DNA of 64,000 nucleotides from assembly GCA_030141605.1 (NCBI GenBank), contig JAQGDQ010000095.1:434001-498000 (forward strand), in the 5' to 3' direction. This DNA comes from Tubiluchus corallicola. Taxonomy: Eukaryota > Animalia > Priapulida. Shown here one piece after another: positions 1-17,029 of the stretch; within the stretch, counting starts at the first letter, position 1; each line of letters starts with the position of its first letter. The position numbers and the translations under genes are program-made. Below the pieces are notes generated by a model that was not told where the DNA came from, did no database searches, and saw nothing but the letters and a program-made list of their open reading frames with translations.

Positions 1-999
1 AATATATATATATATATATACATGTACATTTGCTCGTAGCCTGCAGCTGAAAACTAGATACCATAGTTCCCCTTTTTACAATTACTCTTTATCTGTAAAC
101 ATAACAAAATGGATGTATATCATTGGCAGAAAAATAAAGTTAAAAGGAATCGACACATTCCATGCTGCCTACGAATCTAAAAAAATTAGGAATCTATGGA
201 GATGATTTCCCGATAATTACTGAATCGTGTTATAAACATTCCTAGTAACCACTGAACCATTTGCAACAAAAAAACATATAAAATGAACTGTCTCAGTCTC
301 TCACAGTCCCATGACGGTTTACTTTTAATTGGGACATCTAGGAAAAAAGACGGCAGAAAATTCGAAAAATCAGCTTTTTGACAATAAAGTTGTTTTCTGA
401 TTTCAAATCTATACTATACATGACTAAGTTAATGGTATAACTTCTCTACTTTTCGTCCACGAACTTCACGCGAAAAAACAGAATTTTAGTGTAAAATGCA
501 CAAGAGCTTTTACACTAAAACCATATAATCTATTTCGATAGATTTAATTCACTTTCATCTGCTCCCAGAAGAATACCAAACGTGTGGATCATCCAGTGGA
601 AACCACGACTCCACGTAGGATTTCGCGTACGACATAAACCATGCAATGATAAGGCGTTCTTCCACATTAAAAACAAGAATTTAAAGCTAAAGCAGCAGCT
701 AATATTGCGTCTATTCCACTTACTCTGTAAACTGCCCATCTTACTTCTCCTCGTTTTTGTCGACAAAAGCTTTCACTTGCAAAATGCAACCAACAAATTC
801 ACTCCTATCGAAGCCCTCCTCCTCAGTCCTCACCAGCGACCGAAGCAAAAGACAGAAACTTCAGCTTTTCGTGAGCACCTATTTTTGCTTGTGCAATTCC
901 GTGGAGCTAGAAACGCATCAGTGGTATCACGCCCGACCATGGTTATACGGTTTTACAGTTTCATGATTAGTACAAATGAACCATATATGGGGAAGGGGG

Positions 1000-2340
1000 A
1001 GCATTCTCTGCCGCAAAGCGAATTCGAATCGAATTTGTGACTTTCGACTTTTGAATTGAATTTTGGGATCTTCAATCTTAATAAAATTGGAATTCAGTTT
1101 TCAAGTTTTTCTAATAGCTGTAATAAAGCGGTCTCAAAAAGATCATGCAAATTACATGATTTTATTCTAAAGTAAAAACAGCAATTTTATTTATAAGTCA
1201 TATACAGAAATCACAGCTAAACTGTGCTGATTACATGATGCTTCAAATGTTTTAATAATAAAGAATGCATGTAGTTGAAGTGCTAAACTATCCATTCAAA
1301 TATATAATTTCAGGTTCGAAGCGAATTCAAACTAAAACATTCGAATTCAATTTGAGTCAAATGTTCGTTATTCCCCACTAATGATTAGGTGCAAGCAATT
1401 AATGCTACAAATTCAACTCGAATCAAATTTTTAGCTTTCAAATTTGAATTGCAGCAAATTTTGAATCTGTAATAAAACAATGATGTGCACAAAAAACTGA
1501 ATTTAGTTCTGAGATGACGAAGGCTGCGCATGCATATAGGATACGGCACCACTATTTACTACTAAGTGACTGATTCAGATAAACTGTGCTGACTGCATGT
1601 TGTTTCAAATGTTTTAATGAAAGAGTTAAACGTTCGATGCTCACTAATTCGAGATTAGTTTTGTATCGCCTGTAAGTTGTATGTTTTATTGCATATCTTG
1701 CAAATTGCCTCTGACGACTCAATAAACCTAAATGATATAAAGTAAGTACTTGCTTCGATCTACGAACCATGCTAACAATATAAATTATGCTTTCTAAATA
1801 ATTAATATAATATGACACCCAATACAGACTGCAGATGATCGCCAATGCTGACCAAATAATTCCCACTCCCAGCTAGAGCTCATTACTCATTTTCATTAAT
1901 GGCAGCTCTCAATTAAAGATCAATGATATTCCTTTCGTTCTGCGGTAAAAACTGGTCAAAATCAATTTTGTTAAAAAAATAATACACAAAAATAGCTGCT
2001 AAACTGTTCTTACTTCACGATATTCAAAATGCTTTAATTTCATATTCCAATTGAATGTGAATAAAAAACTCGTTTGAATCGAATTCTCACCTTTATCATG
2101 ATTACGGACAGTGTGGCTCTAATACAATGTCTATTAGCTAGAGGGGAGCAAAACCCTAGCAGAAATCGAATTCAATTACAATTTTTGGTCCTTGAATTCT
2201 AATCGTATCGAATTTCAAAATAACTTTTTAGAATTTTCGAATAAATTTTTAATCAGTAATAAAAATGATAACTATTGTGTTAAAAAAAACTTGATACTTT
2301 ACTACTGAGATGGTGAAGACTGCACAATGGGCAGATTATT
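1000..2340. repeat. Cluster of degenerate copies of a GAATTC/TTCGAA-rich interspersed repeat (probable old MITE family)
   Basis: Segments such as 'ctaaactgtgctgattacatgatgcttcaaatgttttaat' recur near 1217, 1580 and 1998, and 'ctgagatg(a/g)(c/t)gaag(g/a)ctgc' near 1509 and 2305. A similar TTCGAATCGAATT-rich tract lies at ~51220-51600. Confidence 0.5.
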
Positions 2341-2915
2341 CCATTCATTCACTGCTTTTACAGTAAATGAATATTTACAAATGTCAAAAATTAGTTTTTA
2401 AACAGTTTTAAACTATATGTCCTCTAGTTAGTCTTTGAATCAACAACTAAATTAAAGAAATTTTCTGGCAAGATGTTTTCTTTCCTAGAGAGTATTTTAC
2501 AAACGCAAGTAAAATCTCCACAGTGTCTTCTTAATTCAAGTGTGGTCAAATTGCAATATTTTAATCTTTCTAAATAATGTGAGTCAGTAAATTAATTTTG
2601 GAGTAGGATTAGACTAGTAGACAGTTAAAGTTAGGATTCTATGCTTTGAATTCCTGGGATTGCTTATAACAAATAGATGGGAATTTTAACAGCAAATAAA
2701 TAATTACTTACTAGTTAGTTACAAGTTCAGATTGCTACACTTCAATTACCCTTCAGCCTTGAATTCATATCTGTGACAGATTACATCTTCTAAAGAATTC
2801 CATTATTGCTTACGATTACGAAAAACACGCAAATCAGCAAATTTTGCAGCAGACGAAAGACAGCACGTGTGACACTGTGAATAGTTAATGAATGTTGTGG
2901 TCGTTCTCGTAGGCT

Positions 2916-3956
2916 ATGGCTGCAACAATTCTAGAAAGGGAGGACCAAGAAGTAGAAGACCAAATGCTTGATGCTGATGAAGACGAAACATTTTTTCAGG
3001 ATATTGACATGTTGCAAAATCACGGAATAAATGTAGCTGACATAAAAAAGTTAAAATCTTCAGGCATTTGCACTATTAAGGGAGTTCAGATGATCACCAG
3101 AAAGAAACTGTGTGCTGTGAAAGGAATATCTGAAGCAAAAGTTGATAAAATCAAGGAAGCAGTAGCAAAAATTTGCAACGATGGATTTCTCACTGCTTTG
3201 GAAGTGAGTGATAGGCGAAAACAAGTATTTAAGGTTTCAACTGGAAGTCACGAATTAGATAAACTACTGGGTGGTGGAATTGAAAGTATGGCAATAACTG
3301 AAGCATTCGGAGAATTCCGGACTGGAAAGACCCAGCTTTCACATACACTGTGTGTTACTAGTCAACTTCCTGGAGCCAATGGTTATACAGGAGGAAAAGT
3401 GATTTTCATTGATACCGAAAATACTTTCCGACCAGATAGGCTGAAAGATATAGCAGATCGTTTTAACTTAGATCACAGTGCTATGCTAGATAATGTTCTG
3501 GTTGCAAGAGCTTACACAAGTGATCACCAGTACGAGTTAATGGACTATGTTGCTGCAAAGTTTCATGAAGAAGCTGGAGTCTTTAAAATGCTAATAGTGG
3601 ACTCAATAATGGCATTATTTCGTGTTGATTACTGCGGACGCGGTGAGCTAGCTGACAGACAGCAGAAACTGGCGCAGATGATGTCTCGCTTGCAGAAAAT
3701 TTCGGAAGAATACAACGTAGCAGTATTCATTACAAATCAGATGACTTCAGACCCAGGAGCAGCAATGAGTTTTGTGGCTGATCCAAAAAAGCCGGTTGGT
3801 GGCCATATACTTGCTCATGCTTCAACAGTTCGAATTAGTCTTCGTAAAGGTCGAGGTGAAAATAGAATAGCCAAGATATACGACAGTCCAGATCTTCCTG
3901 AAAATGAAGCAACTTATGCAATAACAAGTGGTGGCATCTGTGATTCAAAAGAGTGA
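2916..3956 (+). CDS. DMC1: Meiotic recombinase DMC1, 346 aa, single coding exon
   Basis: RecA/Rad51 fold with Walker A GEFRTGKT and Walker B LIVDS. DMC1-type rather than RAD51-type segments: GINVADIKKLK, GIESMAITEAFGEF, RGELADRQQKLAQM, GGHILAHAST. Uninterrupted ORF; 3' splice site ttctcgtag 3 nt before the ATG; AATAAA at ~4114. Confidence 0.97.
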   Translation: MAATILEREDQEVEDQMLDADEDETFFQDIDMLQNHGINVADIKKLKSSGICTIKGVQMITRKKLCAVKGISEAKVDKIKEAVAKICNDGFLTALEVSDRRKQVFKVSTGSHELDKLLGGGIESMAITEAFGEFRTGKTQLSHTLCVTSQLPGANGYTGGKVIFIDTENTFRPDRLKDIADRFNLDHSAMLDNVLVARAYTSDHQYELMDYVAAKFHEEAGVFKMLIVDSIMALFRVDYCGRGELADRQQKLAQMMSRLQKISEEYNVAVFITNQMTSDPGAAMSFVADPKKPVGGHILAHASTVRISLRKGRGENRIAKIYDSPDLPENEATYAITSGGICDSKE

Positions 3957-4639
3957 TATTTTCAATGAGCTACAAGTTTTTAGGTATTGGTTATTAAATG
4001 TTACTATACATCTTTATGCTGTACTATGTCCATAAATCTATTTTTTGTCACAAAAGATTTGTAGTAGTAGTACGCATAATTTGAGAGTATGTATAGAAAG
4101 TTATTTTAGTTGTAATAAAACACACTTTTCTATTTTATCTTGACAGCTTTGTAAGCTGCATTAAACCCAATTTGCTTTAGATTTCACATTAATACACAGA
4201 GATTTTTCAACTTGTAACTTTTTTGCAGAGAAGTTGATATCTGTAGCAATTTTTACACTGTTTTGTTAAGAAGTAATATACACATACATAGTTTAAACTG
4301 GAAACTATTTTTTCGATCTCTGTCTTATATGACATGTTATCATTTTTTAAATTATATTTGTCAGGTTTTATATAATTATTTAATATTAAAATTTACATTT
4401 GACATAAATTTATCAGTTGTCTAACTCTTTTTTTTAACTTCAAGAATTCGTAATTCTTTCCAGAGATTTTAATATTTATAATTATTTTGTTATAGTGTTT
4501 TTTTAATAAAATTCTATGGTGTAATATATACAGTTATTAAGACAGCCCCTAATTTTTTTTGTTGTTGTTCTGTATGAAATGTTATCATTTTTTCAATACA
4601 TGTTGGACCATACAAAATTTGTTACATTGTTTGACATTA

Positions 4640-5108
4640 CAGTCAACCTCGGGTATAAGGTATTCGCTTATAAGGGACCACCAAAGCTGGTCCCGATTTT
4701 TCAACACGTTTTTCCTACGTAAAAATCTTCGTATATAAGGTACTCGGATATAAGGAACTTTCGGTTATAACAGCCGATATCTTCAGGTCCCACATAATAA
4801 AAACCTAGGTAAATTACGTCGCATATAAGGGACCCTATGACCAGAGCGAAATTGATGGATTTTTAACCTCAATTTTTCGCAGACAGCCTTCGAACAGCTT
4901 GGTTTCCACGGGTCACATACATCTCGCGTCACTGAAGGAGCTTCCTACAGACCATTTGCACTGAATGTGTAGCAATAATCCATAAAAATACGGGTAAAAG
5001 TACAGGTCTAGATACACCATCTATATACAACTTTGGCTATAAGGGACATCAGATATAAGGGGCGATTTTTTCCGGTCCCGAGGTGTCCCTTATATATGAG
5101 GTTGACTG
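4640..5108. mobile_element. Tigger/pogo-type MITE
   Basis: TIRs CAGTCAACCTC...GAGGTTGACTG flanked by TA on both sides; repeated subterminal TATAAGG motifs; no ORF. Confidence 0.88.
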
Positions 5109-7518
5109 TATACTTAATTATCTATTAAAATTTACATTTGATACAAATTTATTGACAACAGTTAATGTTGCTATCATCATTAACCATTTATTCTTTAATT
5201 ATACATATTTGTCACTGTAACTTCACTGACTTTGAGAAAATTTTGATATAAAGCAGGATGATCCAGTGTGATTGTGTGATTTGCATGTGCTGTGCAATTA
5301 AGTCCACAGTTGTAAGGGATGAGTTACATTAGTTTATGGTACTGCACTGCGTTACTGCAATTGTGAACGCATATGATAATTCACTATTCGAGTATTATCG
5401 GCATTCGAATATTTGAATGACCATTTGGATAAAGGGTTTCTTAATTCTAATCAAATTTAAACGTGGGGCAGTCATTTGAATAACTAACTGAACACAAATA
5501 TTTAATTACCAACACTAATCTATACATGCCGTATTAATGATTTTGAGAAAACGTCCTATTCCGTCATGTCCACCAACATCATTACTGCTCAGTGCATAAG
5601 CATGATTTGCAGGGTGGCCTGTGTCAAAGGGACAAAAAGTATAATAAAGCAACATACATATAGATTAATTTCATTTTTAGTGAAAACCAATAAATTTTGG
5701 TCTATTTCATTATTACAGGTACATGAACTGGCTGCAAAAGCTTTTGTGCAGTTGATACACAATACAGCTAAAAGGGAAGGGGAACTCAACTGTTGGTTTA
5801 CACACAACCATGTTAATCTATAACTTGCCAAATGTATGGAACTCTTGTGTGGAAATCAAAACAGTTGAGATGCCCTATTTTTGTATTTCTACATGTGTGC
5901 TATAATGCATGTAAATTCTATCAGCAACAGTGTCCTATGGCATTTCACACACTAAAAAGAAGCACTGTACATTTTAAGCAACATATTTCAGTACAATGTG
6001 ATTAAAGTTTTTTTGAAAATCAACAATGAACATTAATTTATTTTTGGTTTACAAATTAATATACATGCAAAAAACAAGCCGTATCTATAATTCAGTTGTC
6101 TATTTCACAATCTAAGTAAGAATTTTCAAAATGCTAATTTTTTTAAAAGTTAGTTCATTAAAGACAAGAAAAATGAAGATGAATGTGAATTTCAAAAATT
6201 TACATTACAAAATTATTTTAGTTTACTACAAGTTTGTGTTAATGGCATATTATCGTGACGGCATTTGGACAGTCCATGGGTTGTTTTATGCTTGATGGTA
6301 GTCAAAATGAAAACACGGAAAATTTCTCTTACCGTGAGTATGTACATATGTTGACTACAGCCACCAAGCAATATAATTTTTGGAGCTGCTTTTTCTGAAA
6401 CTTACATTTTCCGAAGTTCCATTTCTTCTCGTTCAGATTTTGCCCAAACTCAGTGCAGTTTTACGCAACCTCATTGACAGTAATTAAAAAATCTAACATC
6501 AATTTTGTATGTACACGTGAAATTAAATCATATCAAATTTTCTAAATAATAAATAATAATATAAATAAATATACAACAACCTTAGGTCACACAACTTGCT
6601 GCACAGATAGAAAAGTTAAAATACTTACACACTGTTAAACTTTTGTCTATAACTCCACACACTATTTAATAGCACGTTGCAATACCCTAGCTTTTATAAG
6701 GTGACTATATAATGAGAGTATTGTTTTACAATTTAAATTTCCGCCAGTGCTGATGAAGCTACAACTGAATATACTTAAATGACTAGCTGGCGAAAACAAC
6801 TCAATTATGCTTAATAAGTACATGTTCATGTACAAATTTTTAATTCAGAGTTTTTGCAGTGTTTGTATAACCCTGGCTGCCATTGTTGAACAGTAGCTTT
6901 TCACATGTTAAGACATAGAATTTTAATGTAATGACTTCAGTCATAATTATTTTAAGTTCGCACTTTATTCTGGTCACTATTGTAACTGTTGCAACAAGCA
7001 CTGGGTATTTGATAACTATTAAAAAGCATTAAAGTTAAAATATATTATAAATAATAAAACTAACATAATTCTTTATAAAATCGGTCCCATTAGTAGCAGA
7101 ATGATAGCAACTTACTGAACTTAGTATACACAAACAAAGCCAAACCTCACAGAGATGAGCTCCACGGCGTTTGAAGTAATGTTTTGCACATAAAAACTAC
7201 TACCTGAAGATGTTGTTTATATGAAGCTCTTTATTGCAGTGTTGCACTGAAACAAACATGCATTCTTTTATAATGTAATGTCACAGCAAAAAAAATGCAT
7301 GCAAGCTATTTGGGTTTGAAACTTTAAAAACATATTTTATGAAAGTAACTATTCGACAATGTTCTGTATTCGATAATCACCATCATAATTCTGCATTCAA
7401 TAGAATGACGTTAAAATGTGCGCAATACAAATCTACAGCAATTGTCAAGATTATAAACATATAACAAACATTACACAGCCATACTTACCCAAGAAGAATT
7501 ACAGAATCGATATTTTTG

Positions 7519-11772
<4,254 letters not shown>

Positions 11773-12244
11773 TCATTACCGTCTGAAAAGCAAATAGAAA
11801 CAACCTTGTAATTTTAAATGTACAAGTAAATTTACAAGTTTCACAGTCAGAGCATTTTTACAAGCTTGGTTTTCTTAATGACTTGCAACACAAATCATTT
11901 AGCTACGTATTTAATTAAGTACATTTCAAAATTTGCTTATTATGAGTACGTTGCTTTTTGTTAACTATTGTATTATTGAAATTTTTGTATTTCTTAATAC
12001 CAAAATTACCCTTTACACCAGTTGCATTTGCACTGATGTGGAAACAATCTTGAATCTTGTATAGTAGATAGACAGTTAATATGTAGGTCTCCAGCGGTTA
12101 ATTAAGTTTTTAATTTATTATTTAATTATCAGAAATGCTTTTGCAGTATTAATCCTGTTAAAATGTATACTTTTCATTGGACTTCAAATTGGGGTAGTAT
12201 ATGAAAAATCATCCTGTCTTCCTTTAACTACATCATAGCCTAAA

Positions 12245-13880
12245 TCAAAGCCTTGTAAACTGTGCCACACGAGAAAATCTAGGTAACTTGTAGAGGGGAC
12301 AATTTATTAATGGGTCAACGAGTCCTGCTTTGTTCAGCACCCAGGCTGCACACAGAACACCATCTCTGCCTTTAATTAGAGAGGTGACCTTACCCAAAGG
12401 AGATATGTGATGTGGACAGGGGACTGCTTTTACCAAAACAACTTCACGTTCCCTAGGAAGGCGACTACTGCCACATGGATTATACCACTTACGAAGTGTG
12501 GGTAAGTAGGAGGATAGCCATCTTTTCCAAAACTGCTGACATGAGAAAACACGATAGGTCCACTTATGAACCAAAGAGAGCAGGGTAGGGGGCAGAAAGC
12601 TTTGTTGAATAGTAACATCTAACCTTGCCTGGAGGTGATGTACCAAGTATGAAATGAAGAGGGGTGAGGATTCCTCAAACGAGTCAATCTCAGTAAAAGG
12701 CCTTCTATTGATGGATTCCTCTACATCACAAATTATAGTACAGAACTCAGAAAATGAAAGAGACGAATTACCAAGCGTTTTCTTCATACATGACATTACG
12801 CTTGCCAAAAACCTCCCGACCAGGAAGAAGTTTCTGGGATAAGTTTCCACGATACCTGGCCTCTAAGCAATTTCGAAAAAGCCATAAAAGACGAGCCATT
12901 GGTTCTGTAAAAGTATGAGACTACACCTCTTTGAGCAAAAAAAACCCACGAATGGCCAGAGAAGTCTCAGCTTCATTCAGACAACTGACTACTTCTAAAT
13001 GAAATAATACCTTGGTCACAGAGCAAGTAAACAGAAGAATCCAACAAATTTCATTTCAGCATAGATGGAAAGGGCCCATATGATCAAGTCCAACCCGAGA
13101 AAATGGTCTGCTTGGAACAGTTACCTAAATAAAGGTAAGACGGACTCATGAGAAGTGAATGGTCGCATATTTGCATGACATATTTGCATATTTTGCAAAT
13201 TTCTGTATGTTGGGAGTGAATCAACAGCAGCTTCAAACATGTCCCAGAAAGGTCTCCCCTCGAAAAAGTTTCCACCGAACTTTGGTACCCTTAACTTATG
13301 CTCCTAGCATCCTGAGACTGCAAATCTTGAGACTCTAAATGCGAAAGTAGTCTTTTGCTTTAAACAAAATTGCATTTGTCTGTTCTCATACCTAGCGTAT
13401 TCTGTCATTTCCTTTTCAGCCGCCTCACAGTCAGGATCATCAATTAAAAGCTCTAAAATATCATTGTGCACCGTCTCTAACGAAGCAAACTGAATCTCCA
13501 CTTTGTGAATGAAATATGCAAGTTTGTCTTGATAATTCGCTGTTTCATATGCTGAATTTAACCCATTTAGCCTAGAAGTTAACACAGTTTTTTCCCGTTT
13601 CCTCTTAGAGAGTAAGTCTTCCATTGTTCTACTGTACCAGTAGAATACTCCTACACTACAGCGCAACAGATTTATTACACAGTGAATTGAAGCATTGATG
13701 AGGAAGACGATCGATAAATCTACCAACTACTACACAGGCATCTGCTTCTGAGCAAGTGGACGAAGCGGAATGTACCAACAATGACAATGAATTTCCCGTG
13801 TGCTAACACTACTGAATCTGAATCCATTGAAAATTACTGAATGCACAAAATGTTTCTATCCGGCTCGAAGCGGTATATAA
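12245..13880 (-). mobile_element. BEL/Pao LTR retrotransposon remnant (gag N-terminus joined to degenerate integrase; internal deletion)
   Basis: Integrase-like frames (WILLFTC, FSEFCTIICDVEESINRRP, QQFWKRWLSSYLPTL); coiled gag-like start MEDLLSKRKREK at ~13624; BEL-type PBS-like CTTCGAGCCGGAT at ~13858-13870; stops and frameshifts. Confidence 0.8.
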
Positions 13881-14559
13881 ATATTGAAAATGTGTTTAAA
13901 TGTTCAGTTAACAGGTAAAAGAATGGATAAAACTAAAACTGGCTTTTATTGAAGTGAACCCATTTTAATGTCTCCTGTGCATGTGCGGCAGTAATATTAG
14001 ACAATACAAAATTCCACATAATGATATTCAAAAATTCTGCTCAAATCCAATGTCAAAAAACTTGCAGTGCCCAGCAATAAAATGTAGTCGTTAAGTCTAG
14101 CGGTTGTGCAGTCATTAAATGCAGGGTGTAAAAAAAAGAATTTACTCTGTAAACCTTCATTTCTTATTTCTTACCTGAAAATATGATAAGATAACAATAC
14201 TTTATGTAATGGTCTGGCCTAGACACTGCTCACTAGTAATACTGTCAGTACGACTATATAATGAAATTTTATACTAGTTAATAAATTTAACTTATTTCTA
14301 AGTCATGTGCTTCCCATTAAGTTATTAATTGCCTGCAATGATAAGAAAAGGTGTAATAACCTGAGCTTTCTTATATAAAGATCTGGAATTTGCGAGGTTT
14401 ACAGAGAAGTTTCACACCATGCAAAACTATGTTAGCAGTATGGTTTTAGTTCAATAAGATTTCAGCATCTAGAAAATATTAATATCACCCGAGTAAACGT
14501 GTTATGAGTTATATACAATGATGTGTGGTACACAAATTTGATTTTGTTTCTTGATTTTG

Positions 14560-14790
14560 CAACGAGCAAAGTAAATACAATGTTTGGAGGTTTTTTGGAG
14601 GTTTTTAGGCCCACTGTGAGGAACGGGGGCCTAAAAACCCCCAAAAATGGCCATTTTTGTGGATTTTTTGCAAAACTTATACCTCTTATTTCTAGAGATC
14701 CGGAATGGGCCACCGGTGGTGCTGGTAATGATTGAATAGCCCATTCAACGGTGGGTGTAATAGTCATATTTAGATATATATATATATATT
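14560..14790 (+). mobile_element. Fragment of the Helitron-like family seen at 49.0-49.8 kb, opposite orientation
   Basis: 14608-14772 aligns by eye to the reverse complement of ~49510-49675 (ggccca..gaggaacggggg..aaaa.cc.c.aaaatggcc...tagccc.ttca.cggt.ggtgta.tag.catattta). Confidence 0.7.
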
Positions 14791-14829
14791 AAGCCCATAC
14801 CGCCGAACAATAAATTAAAAAGTATACTT

Positions 14830-16372
14830 TTCTAAATCACACAAGTCTGCTTATTTGCAAAAATTACAAAAATTCCTTCAACAGTTGGTTGCTTCATTTT
14901 CTCGTGAAGAAGTTGGCTCACAAAGTTCTCGTAATTATAAAAACTTTGAAACTCTGTTGCTGTGTGATGCACATATTCTTGTAAAACATCTAGTGCTTGG
15001 TGTGCTTGAGCATTTTCTTTGCCAAATCTTCTGCTTTCTGATGCACAAAAGGAGCGTTCACTCGAACATCTTTTTCTCTTGTGTTTGTAAACCACACTCT
15101 TAATGCTGACTCCACTTCACAGTCTTTTCCTGTCGCCTCTTAGATGCTAGATTCTCATCTTGGCTTGCTGACTGCTCAATTTCAGATTGTATTTTCAATA
15201 TTCTGCCGAGAGGACTTTGAGAAATTTTCAACTGCGCTGCTGCACACCTCTGCCCCATCTTTGGAAGTTTATCGTACTACTCTAAAATTTTCAGTTTCTC
15301 CTTAACTGTTAGATCTTTACGCTTATGCTCCATTGTTTAAACTTCTTAACTCTATGCCCTTATTTGCTGTATGATGTTTACTCTTGTAAGTCACAAGGAA
15401 TACTGGCTGATAACTGTACCTGCATCTTTGACTATTAACTCATTAAGCCTGAAAGCGTGATTTGCAACTAGAGCATCAAAAGGAAACCACTAGGTAAATG
15501 ATTAAATGTTTAGCTTCCAGAAATTCTTTGGGTAATGTGGTTAATTGCAGTGGGTAAGCAGGTAACAGATTCAAAGCAAAACCACTATGCTAGCGTATTA
15601 GTGCATGATGAACGTATCTGTTTACAAACAAAACAGTACTTAACATGATTGTTTATATATATAAAGAACAAAAGGGACGTAAAGATGACATAAAAGTAGG
15701 AAAGGCTGTTTTGGCACATACAAATGTCTTATTTTAAGTATGTGAAGGAAAAATTTTGAGTCAATTACTGATAGTTTTTAGGTATACAGTGGCCGCCGCT
15801 TATTGTGGACACCTCGGGCCAGCAGTGTGTGTCCATATTAAGCGGCTGTCCATATTAAGCGAAGTGACCCATGAAGACCCTTCCCCTTCATTAAAAAAGG
15901 CAAAAAACTGTCTGTATCAACTCGTCTCCTGTTTTATTGAAAAAAAGAAGTCAGACAAGTTTGTTTGGCAGGAAACTTTTCTCTCAACCTTGAACGGAAG
16001 GAAGTTATCACAGTTTCGAAGCTCTCAAGGCCACGGCAAACGGCGAACTGACTGATGCAATGACTCACACAGGCAGCAGAGCGGGAAGCTCTTTTCAATC
16101 ACGCGCGCAGGCCGTGGTTGGCACGGCTGGGCACGTGCCAAGAATGTTCGCTGTCCATATTAAGCGGCGGTTGTCCATATTAACCGGCGGATTTTATTAG
16201 GGGAAAATTCCGTCCCTCGCGAGTTGTCCACAATAACCGGCTGTCCACAATAACCGTGTCCATAATAAGCGGCGGCCACTGTATTTGAATAGAAGTGGCC
16301 CGTTCCAGGCATTTTTGAGTCACTTAAGCGATTGAGTGTATTAACGGTGAATCTATTAAGCGGCAACTACTG
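14830..16372 (-). mobile_element. Internally deleted Tigger/pogo DNA transposon (transposase pseudogene)
   Basis: TIR CAGTAGTTGCCGCTTAAT with TA at 16372. ATG at 15333 gives MEHKRKDLTVKEKLKILE*YDKLPKMGQRCAAAQLKISQSPLGRILK (CENP-B/psq-type HTH), then jumps to a Tigger-like C-terminus (AHQALDVLQEY...MKQPTV). No DDE core visible. Confidence 0.8.
15787..16281. mobile_element. Young Tigger-type MITE nested in the older Tigger element
   Basis: Near-perfect TIRs CAGTGGCCGCCGCTTATT(G/A)TGGACAC, TA flanks, subterminal TGTCCA(T/C)A(T/A)TAA repeats, CpG-rich interior. Confidence 0.9.
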
Positions 16373-16786
16373 TATTTTCAAACATTTTGACCAACATTCT
16401 TTACTTGTAAATATGCAACAAAAGCTGTCACTTAAAGCATCTCCAGTCACAGAAGCAGAATCTTAGATTCTCACCACAGTTTTCGACACAGTCAAAAACG
16501 TCCATTACTTTAGTATTAGTATTACAACTATTAGTACTAAATAATAGTAAATTGTTTTATATACAGTACACCGCATATCTAGAATCATGTACAGAGTTAG
16601 TGTTAAAACACTTAATTCTTTTCATGCATTAAGCACGGTCTTGATCATAAATCTGAAACGACTCATTATATCTTTACGGATGATTAATGGTTAAGTTTTT
16701 ATTGAAAAATATACTTTTGTTGCTCGGACGTATAAACAGTAAATCACAGTTAAAGAAAAAAAAACTACTAAGGCAAACCCACTAAC

Positions 16787-17029
16787 AATTTGAAGAAATA
16801 AGTTAAAATCGACGTTGCAAATTGAAACGCAGAAAAATAGTACTGTCACCAGCACAGTGGGAAATCTTTATTTAGATTCGGCATTTACATTGGTCGAACT
16901 GCAAAAAACAATTTCTGCGATTGTTTAGTATAAACTTACTGAAAAAGTACAATAAACGGGCTTATTAGTACTACGTTTGAAGTTTTTTGATTTCTAATTA
17001 AACTATTTAACGTATTCATAAGGATTGAA
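16787..17029. promoter_or_regulatory. Probable bidirectional promoter shared by MOSPD1 (-) and ZRSR2 (+)
   Basis: ZRSR2 ATG at 17030; minus-strand GTTAGT donor at 16786; CpG-containing patch with ATTGG (CCAAT box) at ~16890. TSS positions unknown. Confidence 0.5.

Noticed and set aside
530-1040. Overlapping ORFs (152 aa +, 78 aa -) and a minus-frame 'GRDTTDAF' resembling a cytochrome b5 motif
   Set aside because: No HPGG motif or splice context and no recognisable domain; more likely a GC-richer repeat fragment.
1000-2340. CRISPR-like or regular repeat-spacer array
   Set aside because: Eukaryotic context; repeats are irregular and degenerate with no constant spacer length.
5566-5831. Short ORFs on both strands here, and most other 60-110 aa ORFs in the track
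   Set aside because: No domain similarity or consistent splice phase; expected by chance in intronic or TE-derived sequence.
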